Of a stretch of DNA of 64,000 nt, positions 12,430 to 24,403 are shown piece after piece. This stretch comes from Blepharisma stoltei ATCC 30299. Lineage: Eukaryota > Protista > Ciliophora. A program made the translations under genes and the position numbers. Where the stretch lies: NCBI GenBank assembly GCA_965603825.1, contig CBFDEM010000020.1:496001-560000 (forward strand), written 5' to 3'. Within the stretch, counting starts at the first letter, position 1. The number at the start of each line of letters is the position of its first letter. The notes below the pieces were generated by a model that ran no database searches, was not told where the DNA came from, and saw nothing but the letters and a program-made list of their open reading frames with translations.

Positions 12430-12488
12430 TTGTATGATGATTTTTCTCGTTCGTCTTATCTATATGATGAGAAAAAATACTGATGCAT
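12430..12488 (+). ncRNA. Box C/D snoRNA, predicted guide for SSU rRNA 2'-O-methylation in ACGAACGAGA
   Basis: C box ATGATGA 12434-12440, guide TCTCGTTCGT 12445-12454, D' CTTA 12455-12458, C' ATGATGA 12464-12470, D CTGA 12480-12483, terminal stem TGTA/TGCA; intergenic. Confidence 0.75.
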
Positions 12489-12635
12489 TTTCAATTTCAT
12501 AAAGGAAAGCTCTTCATTCTGGAGGTTTATCAATAAAATTTTAGCTTTATTATGAGCATAAGAATTTTAATTGTTTTATGTATCAATACAATTTTATGTG
12601 ATTTACAAATTAAAATTGCATTAGATTCAATTTAG

Positions 12636-15600
12636 TTAGGTAAATAAAATATCTTTTATAATTCCATCTTCTATGCTTTCCACATCTGTATCTCCTAACT
12701 CTGATCTATAAAACATACAAAACTGCAGCAAAGCCTTGGCGCACCTGTCTAGATCTTCAAAACTTCCTGGGGCTTCTTGGCCAAGCTGCATTTTTCTTTT
12801 CACTCTTTTCCCTACATTTATTTCTGCCCTTTTCCTTTTCCTAAGTTTTGCATTGAAGCCATTTAAAAATGTTTTTGTGATAATCGGCATATAATTTTCT
12901 ACTGGGTTATAGTCGAATTCTACTTCAGGGATATCAATCATGTAAATCCACAGAACATAATTTATCTCTTCAAAATCCAACACTATCATGGTATCTAATA
13001 GTTTTAATGCTGAAAGTGTGTAAGATATGTTGGTTGTGTTCGACATATTGTACAAAAGCCTTATGTGAATATCAGGAAATAGATATGATCAAATATCCTT
13101 GAAAGTTGGCAAATTAAAGCGAATTGACATAACACGGGTAAGCAGCATGCAATGAGGGAATAAATCAGAAATTTTAATGCAATCAAGAAGTTTTGCTCTT
13201 AATGCTTTTGCTGCAGGGAGATAATCATCAACTTTTCCACTCAAAATGACTAAAGATGCTATAATCAAATACTTTTTTGACATTTCAATTGTGTCTTGCG
13301 AGCTCGTCCAGAAACTTGGCAGAAACTTATAAAGAGCATCATTTAAAAATTGCGTTTTTTCCTGATAGCAAAGCTTGCTTATTTCATAGCAAATATTTTT
13401 CCAATATTTTAAAGACCCATTTGAATTTTTGCAGCTCAAAATAAACTCGTCAGACCCTAAGAAATCAATGATATCTTTCTTCAGTTCCTTGGCTACAGTA
13501 TCTCCTCCTTTAGTAATAAAAGCTAAAATTAAAATCCCACATTCCTTCGCTCCAATTTTTGATTTCGATAAGGTTGCTCTTGCATTAATGGAAGCCAGCA
13601 CAAGTTTTGAGCTAACTCTTTCATTATCATCAGGCCATGCAAATGACGCTACTTCATGTCCTTTCAGTGATAGAGTAATCTGATTAAGCTGGTAAAGCTT
13701 GAGCTCTCTTTCAGTTTCAAAGCCCGGATATTCAATAGGAAAAACATCTCTTTCCCATTTCTGAGTAGACACAGTAATTTGGTCAAATAAATTCCCAACG
13801 AGCTCCTGAAGATCTTTTTTGATTTTTTTGTCTGAGAATAAATTAAATGAATACACACAATTTCTGAGCCCATAAACCGTATCTAAAATAATTAGAGGCA
13901 TTTCTTCTCATGTTGATATCATTAAGCATTTAAAGAGTGTTAAGAGCTTGCTTCAAAATAGCTGTTGAGGAATCACTGGAATGTTTAACTTTGTTATATT
14001 TGCAGTTAAGTGATATAAAAAGTGTGCAATGCAAAGTTCTTTCCCATCCGTTTTTTGAGCCTTTTTTTGAATAGTCACCAAATCTTTTTCCAATTGAGTA
14101 TAAAAATACTCAAATATAGTATCTAAGTTCAGCTTAAAAGTTGGAATCATACTTATTAGAACTTGCATGTGATGCCTTGAATTGAGGCTATCAAGACTAT
14201 ATTTTGACCACAATGTTGTGAAAGAGAACAAAAAATCATTGCAATAATTTTTAGTCAGAGGAGAAAATAAAATTTCTAGCTTTGAATTTAGTATTGAATG
14301 GTTTATTTTCATTTCATTCAAGGTGACTCCTAAAGCAATTACACCCTCAAGCTGTCGTAAGACATGTTGATGCCATTCCATTTTACTGTTTTCTTTATTG
14401 TCATTTTCATCTTGTGCTCTTAGTACGTGGTGAATTAAAAATGTCAAACCGTCCAGCATATTCAAGTCATAAGAATTCGCAATTATACTGATATATGCAT
14501 CAAGAAGTAGCTTTATATAGTTGGATATAACAACATCAGGAAGATACATTGTCATGAAAAGGATATAATTTGTTATAAAATCCATTCAATGAGCCCTTAA
14601 AAATAATTCTTCAGTTAGCATCCCTTTTGTGATTGATTCTACTACATAGCTTTCAAGGAAAAAAGTTTCACATTTCTTTCTGTCAGCCTGTATTTTACAG
14701 TTGTAAATCAATGGTGGAATTATTCTTAGCAACTGGAATTGAATGGTGGTGTTTTTATTTTCAATAGCTCTATGCATGCAGATAAAAGAGCTTTCTAACG
14801 CAATAAATGCTAAATCTGATGACAAGCTTTGGAAGATTATTTCTAATATATCGCAGGCCAAGCTCTGAATGATGCTGTTTTCATGACTCATTTCACTGCA
14901 CTCTGTATTCAAATACATCAGCAAACCATATTGCAAAACTTCTAAATAAGTCCCACTATGTATTTTATGCAGCGCTATATACTCTTCAGCTAGCGGGCTC
15001 AAATAACAAGAATCCATTGCAAATTTCAAATTTTCTTCTCCTATCCTCAAAATATTTCTCACTTTTTTAAAAGCGTCCATAACTCTTCTCGCATCAAAAG
15101 GCTTATTATATACATAGCTGCATTCGCTTTGCTCTTCTCTAACTGTAAAAGGATGGAAAATAACAAAAAATAAAGAATCAAGTAAGCACGGAACGTTAGT
15201 TCTTGAAGTAATTAGCCACTCTTTTGAACTGTGACGAATAATAGGATTTTCATCGATCAGGTGGTCGAGCATGATATAAATGCTCTGGCCTTCATCAATT
15301 GTTTTTTTCAGTTCTTCATTTTCTGTGAGTGTCCAGAAAAGGCTGAAAAGGTGAATTGATTTGATTTTAGACATCAGCGAGCTTGATGTTAGCATGTAGC
15401 ATAAAGACTCCTGCCATTTATTGGGGATGATCTGGTGGCTTCTTAGTAAAAGATCTAAGGCTGTTTTCTGATGAGACGTGTCTAGGAGGTGCCATAATCG
15501 CTCCAAGCTCTCATGGCTTATAGAGTCTGGCTGAATGAATAAAAGCATATTGACAGAAATTAGTAGCAGGTCTGGGCTTTCTTCAAGTATAAGCTCTTTT

Positions 15601-17078
15601 GCTCTATAGGCAGCATCGGAACAGTCAAGGCCTAAATTTGACAACAATCCTATTATGTTGCCTAGCTGAGAAAGTATTTTGTAATTCATAGCTTTTTCAT
15701 GACTTAAACTCAAAAATACACCAATTGCTGTCTCCCCTCCTTCAAAAGGTGTTGCTTTAACGAGTTTGCATAATTTCAAGCATACGTCAAGTGTTTGCTC
15801 TTCAATAGATATGCATGGGAGATTAAGCAAAATATCATCAAGCACTGGAAACAGTAATTCTTTATCATTTTCAAAATGTGCTAACGCAAAGTCCAGCATA
15901 GACATCCATATCGTTATTTCATTGTTTTTAAGAGCTTTCGGCAAGTATTTATGAAAACTTTTCCAAAATAAGTTCGATCGGTCTTCTCTGAACATAATTA
16001 TTACTCTATCATTGAATTTTTCGTTAATAAAGTATAACTTATCAATCATTGTATGCTTCATTAAAGGAATGGAAATTTGTTCTAATATTCGGTCTCCTAT
16101 CCCTTCACTTTCTACAAGAACATCAATAATCCTTAGTAAATTTACTTTGATTTCTGATCCATCACCTTTATGAGTTTCTAACTTTTTGTGAGTTGTCTCC
16201 AATATAGTTATTATTGCAGGTTTCAAAGTTTTTAAAACAAGACTAATTTGGGATTCATCAAACTCGCCTGGAAAAGCCCATTCCCATAGTCTCCTTATAA
16301 GAGTGCTATCTTTATTTGCTAGAAGCTTTATTGACCCTTCCATTAAGGCTATTTTTTGTTTTGTTTTAAACTCTTTGCTCGTAATTGGAAAATGTATTTT
16401 AATAAGATCAAGCACATGCCTTTTTATAATTGTGTTAGGATCAGACAAAGCAGCAAGTATAGCATTTACAGCTAATTTTGTATTCGAAAATGAAATTGAT
16501 TTTTTTTGAAGATAAATCAAAGGAGATGCCCTATGCCTAGATGTTCTGAGAATAAACCTAAAGACTGCTTCATAAGTTTCCTCCTTTAATCTTTCAGCGC
16601 ACATATCTAAAATATCTGAAACTTTCAAAAAAACGTCTTGTCTTCCTTCAGCCCCACTTAATAAACAGCTTACTAATCCACTTAATATATTTTTTAGCTC
16701 AGTAATTCTGATTACATATCTTTCCTCAATAAGTAATAGAAATTCCATCTTATTCTGAGCAGAGCAATACTCGAAATAAGGAAAAAGTCCAGCAGAAAAC
16801 ATATGAAATGATTCAATTGGGGCAGATTGCAATATAAGTTTGTAAATTTCAAGAGTTTTGCTATGCAATCCGGATGGAAGATTTGGATTGAGACACTGAG
16901 ATAGCCTTTTGGCTAAAGCATAGTTCTGCTCAGGAATAAGAGTGCTGTCTTGATATTTCTCTAGAAGAGATTTAATTTCCTGAAGCCATGTAATTAAATC
17001 GCTTCATTCTCACTCCTTAGATCATTTTTCAAAATTATTCAGACTTGCTTGAATTTTCTTTCTAAACTTATTTTCCAT
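12636..17078 (-). CDS. DOP1: Dopey/DOP1 (Pad-1) Golgi-endosome trafficking protein, 1480 aa; 7 TGA-Trp
   Basis: Dopey_N motif E[W]SDLITWL...LAKRLSQCLNPNLPSGLHSKTLEIY; TGAs at 17022, 17010, 17004, 14586, 13953, 13908 and 13089 join four track ORFs in one frame; TAA 12636. Confidence 0.88.
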
Positions 17079-17432
17079 TATATTATCTTTAGATGCTCCA
17101 ATTAAATAGAATAAGTAAGAATTTCAATGTTATTATAGAAGATGTCTTTTTGAAACGAAAATTTAAACTATTTGTAATAATTAATAAATCTAATACAAAA
17201 TATGAGATTTTTACATAGAAAATTATAATTAAATAATTTTTTTATCAAATTGATTGATAATATAAAAATTCTTTTTGAAATTTGAACAATTTAAAATTTT
17301 ATTTTTTATAAAATAATTTTATCAAAAATGTATTATAAATAGATGAGTAGATATTTTACACCAATTTAAAATTTAATTTATTAATCTATTAAATTGCTTT
17401 TACGAATTAGTCGGTAATCATCTTCATAAAAA

Positions 17433-18371
17433 ATGGGATGTAGTTCATCACACGTAGAGACTATCAAAACAAATTCAAATAAAGAAGAGGAAATTATTTG
17501 CAGCTGAGAAAAATATTTGAATTACTATACTTTGCAAGATATTGGGTTTCTTAAAGTGATTGATTCGCAGCAAGACGAAGATGGTTTTATTCCTATTAAA
17601 TCATTATGGGATATATTTTATTTCTGCAACTTTCCCCCTCATTCCTATCCTGTAAACACAGGCCCGGTAAGTATTTTTTATAAAACCATTAGAAAAGATG
17701 ACAAGATCAATGCACAGAAATTGATGGCTTTGATTATCTTGACTTCATCATTTGAACACAAAACAAAAGCTCAACTTATCTACAAAATCTATAGGGACAC
17801 CAAAGATTTCATAAAAGAAAAATCTCTAGAAAGGCTTTTTATTGATATTTCAAATATTTCGATTAACCTTATTTGGGTAGCTTTGGGAAAACAGCCAAAT
17901 CAAATTTGCAAAGACGTTCTGATGAAATATGAAAGCAAGCTTGAGCAAGGGCAGCATAATTTTGTTGAGAAACAAAAGAATTTGATTATTAACACTGATG
18001 GATTTACGACAGAAAAAACTTTTATTAATAGAATTGAAAAATTTCCAAAACTTTTATCAGCTCCAGGTATTAGAGAATGCATTTTAAGGGAAAATAAAGA
18101 ATCATCTTTATTAGGCCGGTCAAAGCCATATATAAGGCTAATGTCGATTAAAACAAGTGACACACTTGGAGAAGCAGCTGAAGATGAAAGAGGCAGAAAG
18201 AAGCTGAATTTTGATTTTGGTATTAGAACCATATCAAAAACTCCATCGAAAAATTCTCAATTTTCAAGTAAAATTGATGAATCATACTTGAAAAATTCAA
18301 TGATGATGAAGAAAATAGTAGAGTCTTATTTGAGCAACCTTAGAGCAGCTGTAAATATGTGGAGAGGATAA
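17433..18371 (+). CDS. Hypothetical protein with MGCSSS N-myristoylation/palmitoylation-type start, 312 aa; 1 TGA-Trp
   Basis: ATG 17433 in frame with ORF 17517 through TGA 17505-17507. Confidence 0.7.
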
Positions 18372-18605
18372 ATTAAGAAATGAATAAATTAAATAGCATT
18401 AAAATTATATGCTATTTAAATTTCAATTGTTTAAATTATTTATAAATAGTTCTATTCTATATAACTTAGTAAGATATCTCGCTATTAGAAATTTACTGAA
18501 TCCAATAGAGCTATAAATTGTCTATAATACATATTATGAACTATTTGTATACCTTTATATTACTAGCATTAAAATAGTTAAAAACAACAATATAAATTAA
18601 AATAA

Positions 18606-19070
18606 TTATAAGAAATTTCCTTCAGTAGTTATTTGAAGTCTTGGTATTTGCAGTTTTGCATTGGGAGTTGATAAACGATTTGGAAAAGGTTCGCACTTTT
18701 CAGAAAGCTCTCCAATCTCTTTTTTTGACTCAAATGAGCTTGATCTGCAGAATTCTTGAGAAATAGCCTTACGATGTTTAACAATTTGATTCTTAGGAGA
18801 GCTGGATTTATGCCTTTTTAAAATATGTTTATGATCGCTGGGGTCAAATGATTTCGGAGATTTATTTCTTTTAAAAACTTTTTTCGTAATTATAAAGCCC
18901 TTTGGTGATATTAGCTTATTTTGAATTAGTATCTTTTTTCTTGGAAGATGTGAAAAGAATACTGCTAAGTTGGAATCAACTAGGCCATTATACTCTTTCA
19001 GCTTGCTATCAGGTGTTATACAGTCCAAAACGAACATAGGCTTCTTTGCTTTTTTACTCCTTTTATGCAT
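18606..19070 (-). CDS. Hypothetical basic protein, 154 aa
   Basis: ATG to TAA, flanked by AT-rich intergenic DNA. Confidence 0.6.
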   Translation of the reverse strand: MHKRSKKAKKPMFVLDCITPDSKLKEYNGLVDSNLAVFFSHLPRKKILIQNKLISPKGFIITKKVFKRNKSPKSFDPSDHKHILKRHKSSSPKNQIVKHRKAISQEFCRSSSFESKKEIGELSEKCEPFPNRLSTPNAKLQIPRLQITTEGNFL

Positions 19071-19227
19071 TATTTATTATTTCGCTACAAAACTTTATTT
19101 ATTTTGCTTAATACTTGCAAAGTTTTTCACTTTATATCACACACAGTTCTTAAGCAAGGCACCCTTAAATTTTTTCTATTTGAATTGAATAGACTAAAAG
19201 ATTGTAAGCATAATTAATTTAATTAAA

Positions 19228-20766
19228 ATGAACAAATCAGAGCTCAGGCAATACTTTAAAGAAAAATATTCAGAAATAGATATCAAAGAAGGTATTATAA
19301 AAATATCATCAAACGCTATTAAATCTTCAGCAACCTCCATCTTCAGCAAAATTGTATCGCGACATCTAAAAATATCAGACAACCAAAAGGACATGAGTGC
19401 TTTAATTGCGAAAATGACATCGAAAACTGACCCAATTGAATCAACCATACTTGAACACAGATTGAAAGAAGCCTTAAGACTTAAAAATGAACTCGCCAGC
19501 AAATTAGAGCAAGTAGACGAATCAATTAACGCCCTTTCAACGATTGTCCCTACCAAAGTTGAAAAGTCAGAAAAAAAGCATATAGGAAAAGCCATAAAAG
19601 AAGAGGAGAAATGACAGGAAGAAGAAAAATTAGAGCAAGCTCAAGAGCTCGCCAAGACTTTAAGGAAGCAACAAAAACTAAGACAGAAACGGCTTGAAGA
19701 AAGGCAAAGGCTGCTTGAGGAGAAAATTAGAAATGAAGAAGAAGTTGAGAACTATGAAAAAGAGCTGGAGCAGGAGAAAAGGGCTGAAGAGCGAAGACGA
19801 AAGCTCGAAGAAGTTCAAGAAAAAGCTCAAGAAAGACGAGCTTATCTAGAAAATTTAAAATGAGATCTTCATGGAGCTCCAGTCCAAAAAAGATTATATC
19901 AAAAAATGCAAGAAGAGTTCGAAGTGAAAGTGCTAATGCCAGAACTCGAAAAAAGAAAAGAAGAATTAGCCAAAAAGAGGATGCTCCCAATAACAAAAGA
20001 AGAAATCATGCATCATGCTAAAGAATACCAAAGCAGAGTCCAAAACGAAAAAGAAATAAGAGAAAGGTTTCGAAAAGAAAATACAAGTTCTATTAAAACA
20101 TCGCCAAGGACCAAGGCAATGCAAACAATATTGGAAGCCGATGAACAAGAAAAATTGAAGAAAACTAAAGAAGAAATTGAAAGAAAAGAGCTGTTAAATA
20201 AAAAGAAAAGATATGCAGAGCTAATCAAGCAGTTATACCCGCCTGAAATAGACCAGTTGAAAAAGAAGGAAATGGAAATGATTAAAGAAAGGCTCGCCAT
20301 GCCTGGAAGAATTAGGCATTCGCAAACGCCAAGTATGAAATCTACTATTTTTACAGCAAAAGACACCAGTCGTGACGGAGAAAAGTCAAGTTGTTCAGAG
20401 TCGACTTCAACTCCTAAACGAATGAAATCAATTTCGCCATTGAAGCCACCACCAGCAGAAAAAAAAGAAAAAAACAGCAAATCCCCAGACTATTTATCAA
20501 CGAGGAGGGAAATTAATAAAAAACTTGAAAAAGAGCTAATGGAATCGAAGCTTGAAGATATTAAAATTTCAGCTGATTTAACTCCTTCAGATGCAAAGAA
20601 GCAAGCACACAACTTGGAGACTCTTTCAAAAAGGCATGAAATTATGTTAAAGCACAATGTTAATAAGTTTGATTTGTCTGCAATTGATGCGGAAGAAAAA
20701 GTCAATAATATGATTTTGGAAAGTGTAAAAGCCAAGCTGTCATTGGTATCGGCAAATACTCAATAA
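19228..20766 (+). CDS. E/K-rich coiled-coil protein, 512 aa; 2 TGA-Trp
   Basis: Continuous frame through TGA 19612 and 19861 joins the track ORFs at 19228 and 19906. Confidence 0.8.
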
Positions 20767-20792
20767 ATTGTAACTCATTTTTTTAATTATAA

Positions 20793-22376
20793 TTAATTGA
20801 AAAATGGATGGCTTAATGCTAATTCAGGTGTAATTCTATCGGCAGGATCTAGTGTTAAGCATTGTTCTAATAAGTTTTCAAAAGATTTAAGTCTTTTGAG
20901 TTCTTCAGATTCATTAAGTTGATTCTGGCTTTGTAATATTTGGGAATTTGGCTCTAAAATAACTCCTAAGCTTTTTTCTTTTTTAATTTCAGAGATAGGG
21001 ACTAAGTGAATTTGCTGACTATCATCAGATGTAAAGAAAAAGTTAAATTGATCAAAATATTGAGAGGAATATTCACCTACTGATCTCATTCGCTTGGGCA
21101 TAACTCCTTTAACTTCCATTATTAATTTCAGCATATGAGAATTAGTAGCCCCTGGGAATAATACTCGGCTTGTATATAACTCAAATAGCGTGCAACCTAA
21201 GCTTCAAACATCAACAGCATAATCACACGAATACCCCAAAATAATTTCTGGAGGTCTATAAAACCTAGCAACGATATTTTCGCTAATAGCATTTTCTCCT
21301 TCAACAACAGCATTTCCAAAATCTGAAAGCTTAATTTTCCTCAAATCTTCGGTTATTAAGATATTATCAGGTTTTACTATATAAATCTTACTGTCAAAAT
21401 GCATCATTTTTTGTGTTTTCATAAATGCGAGAGCTATAAAGGCTTGCTTTCCATATGATCTTACAGCAACCAGAGAAATTCCAACTCCTGCTCCATGCTT
21501 ATTTAGAACTTCTCTGAGATTCATTCCAAGTTCTTCAAAACAAATGCATAAATGAGTTTGATGAGTGAAATTCCCTTTTAGCCTGAGTATATGTCTCCTA
21601 TCCTTTGGGTCCGCCTCATTCAATTGTGCTAGAAATCTAATTTCTTTTTGTCCTGATTTTATCATGACCTCGATATTTCGCAGTATTTTTATTGCATAAC
21701 TTTGGTTTGATTCCATATCTTTAGCTTGGACAACGCAAGAATAGACCCCTCTTCCTTTCAAAGCTTGAATTTTGTATCTTCTCCTGGCAGCTAAATCTAA
21801 AAGTACTTCTCCAACTTGAGGGACAAAGTATCCATGCGTGTCGTCCATTTCTTCTCCTTTTCCTCTTATAATGTCTTCGTCTCCGCTTTCATCAGAAGGG
21901 GTTTTTGCAAACATATCATCTTCGCTATCTGAAGTGGTCTTTTTAGCTTTTTTTGGCTTTGGTGATAGAGGTTTAGGCTGAATTGTGCTTGGAAGTTGCT
22001 TATTTTCTTCAAAAATTGGGCTTTCTTGTCTTGGAGTGGGCGGTGACCGACTTCGAGATCTTGGACATTCTATGCCTTTATATTCAAATACTGGACTTGG
22101 TAAAAATTCTTTTAGCTCACTTACATTTGGGATTGAAATTTGAGAAGTGGAGTATGGAACTGGAAATGAGGGATTCTCATATGTGATATGCTCAGGGGAT
22201 CTGACTGGAGAAGGAGAACTTAAGTCCATATCTTCTGATTGCTTATCCTCATTTCCATGATTTATAATTTTTTGTTCTGATTTAGCCTCTTGTGGTACTA
22301 CTCACACTTTAGGTTCAATTACGATATCAAGCTTTTTTGCAGGCTGTCTTCCAGGAAATTTAGGTCTAAAGATCAT
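20793..22376 (-). CDS. PRPF4B: PRP4-like serine/threonine kinase (PRPF4B, CMGC), ~522 aa; 1 intron, 2 TGA-Trp
   Basis: GRGVYSCV, AIKILRN, LGMNLREVLNKHG, HFD^IKPDN (after splicing), DFG, ARFYRPPEIILG, DV[TGA=W]SLGCTLFELYT, LEQCLTLDPADRIT. Confidence 0.88.
21377..21391 (-). other. 15-nt intron GTAAGATTTATATAG inside the kinase catalytic loop (stop-free)
   Basis: Removal converts HFDSKIYIVKPDN into canonical HFDIKPDN. Confidence 0.92.
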
Positions 22377-22661
22377 ATTTAAAAAATTAAAGATTGATGC
22401 AAACAAATTAAGTGATATGGTATTAAGGTTTTCATTATATTTTAATAATTTTTATATTGCCTAACATTATTCATTACAAAGTAATTTTTATCTAATCTTT
22501 CAGTATGCTGAAATCTATAGATATAATAGAAGTATCTATAATCATAAATATTTGCTTCCTAGCCAAATTTCTTAGAGTTGGAGGCATGCTTTAAGAAATA
22601 AGATTCGCTTTAAATACGTCTCTAAAGGATATAAAAATTTATTGATTAAATAGTACATACT

Positions 22662-24086
22662 CTAAAATAACTTATATGGCGAAAAACTACTATTGCTAAA
22701 AGTCTCTGCTGAGGTTCTTTTGCGGACTGATGTCCTTCTTCTTGGTATTGCTAGTGTTTCCATATCATCTGCTGTTCTCATCGATTTCAGCCTAAAAGTT
22801 TGGTGCTCCTTGATTCATTTAATTAGCTGTTTCACTTTTTCATTTGTTGGTCCTTTTTTAATTGTCATAATTCCATTCAAGGCTTCAAAAGAAGGCCTTG
22901 GAGTCAAGCTTTCATAGCCTTCAGCAGCTCTGACAGAAAGATTAATATTTTTTTCTTCAGCAATTCTAAGCCTCTCTTCTAATTCATCTTTTTCTTTATT
23001 GAAAAAGCTCAATCTTCCTAAATAGACTTCAGCCATTTCTTTCATTTTATTATTTTCTTCTGAAAGCTGATTGATATGATTTTCTTGCATAATAATAGTT
23101 GCATTTAGGCTTTTTATTGTTGACAAAAATTTTTCTTCTTTTTCTCGTAATTTTTTAATTGTTTTTTTACTTTTGTACATTTGATCTTTAAAATCACTCA
23201 TCTTGCTTATGAGTTCATCTAAAGTTCCTTTATTTCGAATATTTTCATTAAGCAATCGAGATTTCTAAGTAGGCGTTACCTCTTCTTCGAGTTTACTGAT
23301 TATATGTTCATTATTGCTTTTTGCATTAAGCTTATAATTTTCAAATTCTTCTTTCAGATCTTTTAAATCTTGGTCTTTTTTCATAATATCAGCAAAAAAC
23401 TCTACATGGTTTATACCTTTTGCTTTTGCTGTCGCAAGATTTTCTAAGTAAAGATTTTTATTAGCTGCATTCATATACAACTCATTGAGAGACTCAACAA
23501 CATAGAAAAGCGGCAAATCTTTATTATCAATTAAGCAATCTTTTTAGATAATACCTGTATGATTTTCATATATGTGATTGATAGCATCTTTACTTATTTT
23601 TTCTTTTTCAATAAAAAGCGCTTTATATATTTCAGCAGAAATCGCTTTCATTTCTTTTTGATATAAAGTATCCTCTGAAGCACATAATTCTAATGCTCTA
23701 TACGCCGCCCGAATTCGCTTTAAGCTTGGCTTAAATTCATCTTCGTTTAAAGATTTAAGAATAGTTATAAGCTCATGCTTGGTCTTCATTGATTCTGATT
23801 GGAATCTTTGGGTAGAAATGCCTGATTCTTTGGCTGAGCTTGGAGAATTTAAATTAGAGAGGTTTAAAGCACTTCTGGAAGAAATAATTCTATCTGTGCA
23901 GATTGACCTAAACCATCCAGATGATGTATTTGTAATTGAATCGTCTTCGTTTTTCTCGAAAAGAGTTTTTAGATGGGTTTTTCTTCTTTGGGTCAACGAT
24001 AAATTAGTAGTTGACTTAGAGGAAGATAGAGAAATCAATTTTGGGTTCTTCAATTTATCAAGCCTGATGGAAAACTTTGACGCCAT
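22662..24086 (-). CDS. Coiled-coil hypothetical protein, ~464 aa; 2 introns, 1 TGA-Trp
   Basis: Three track ORFs in one frame joined by introns 23540-23554 and 23265-23279 and TGA 22815; TAG 22662. Confidence 0.72.
23265..23279 (-). other. 15-nt intron GTAACGCCTACTTAG
   Basis: Consensus match; removes in-frame TAG. Confidence 0.8.
23540..23554 (-). other. 15-nt intron GTATTATCTAAAAAG
   Basis: Consensus match; removes in-frame TAA. Confidence 0.75.
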
Positions 24087-24403
24087 AGATTTTTAATGCC
24101 TGAGATTAAAAATAATTCAATTTAAGGAATTTAATAAACTTAAAATTAATTAGGTTGTTGGAATTAAAATTTATGTAAATTTATCCGAATATTATAAAAT
24201 ATCAATACATACATATCTATTAAGAGATTATCAATTTTAAAGCCACCATATTTTGAGCACTTCCCAAAGAATCATTAGCCATGCATATTAGAGAATCCTA
24301 TTTATTTAAAATATTTTTTAATAATCTGCATTTATCCGTTTATCAATAAGTTTAATTTTTCTGTATATCTAGCATAGCCACTCTGTTTAAATATGATATA
24401 AAT

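Noticed and set aside
22495-22615. Possible minus-strand snoRNA(s): ATGATTA...CTGA and a hairpin with TTTCTTA/TAAGAAA arms
   Set aside because: Imperfect C box and no guide I could match consistently to rRNA; cannot be supported without a search.
24270-24290. AGCCATGCAT match to the 18S rRNA 5' region as a snoRNA guide
   Set aside because: No C box or canonical D box in suitable positions; a 10-nt match is compatible with chance.
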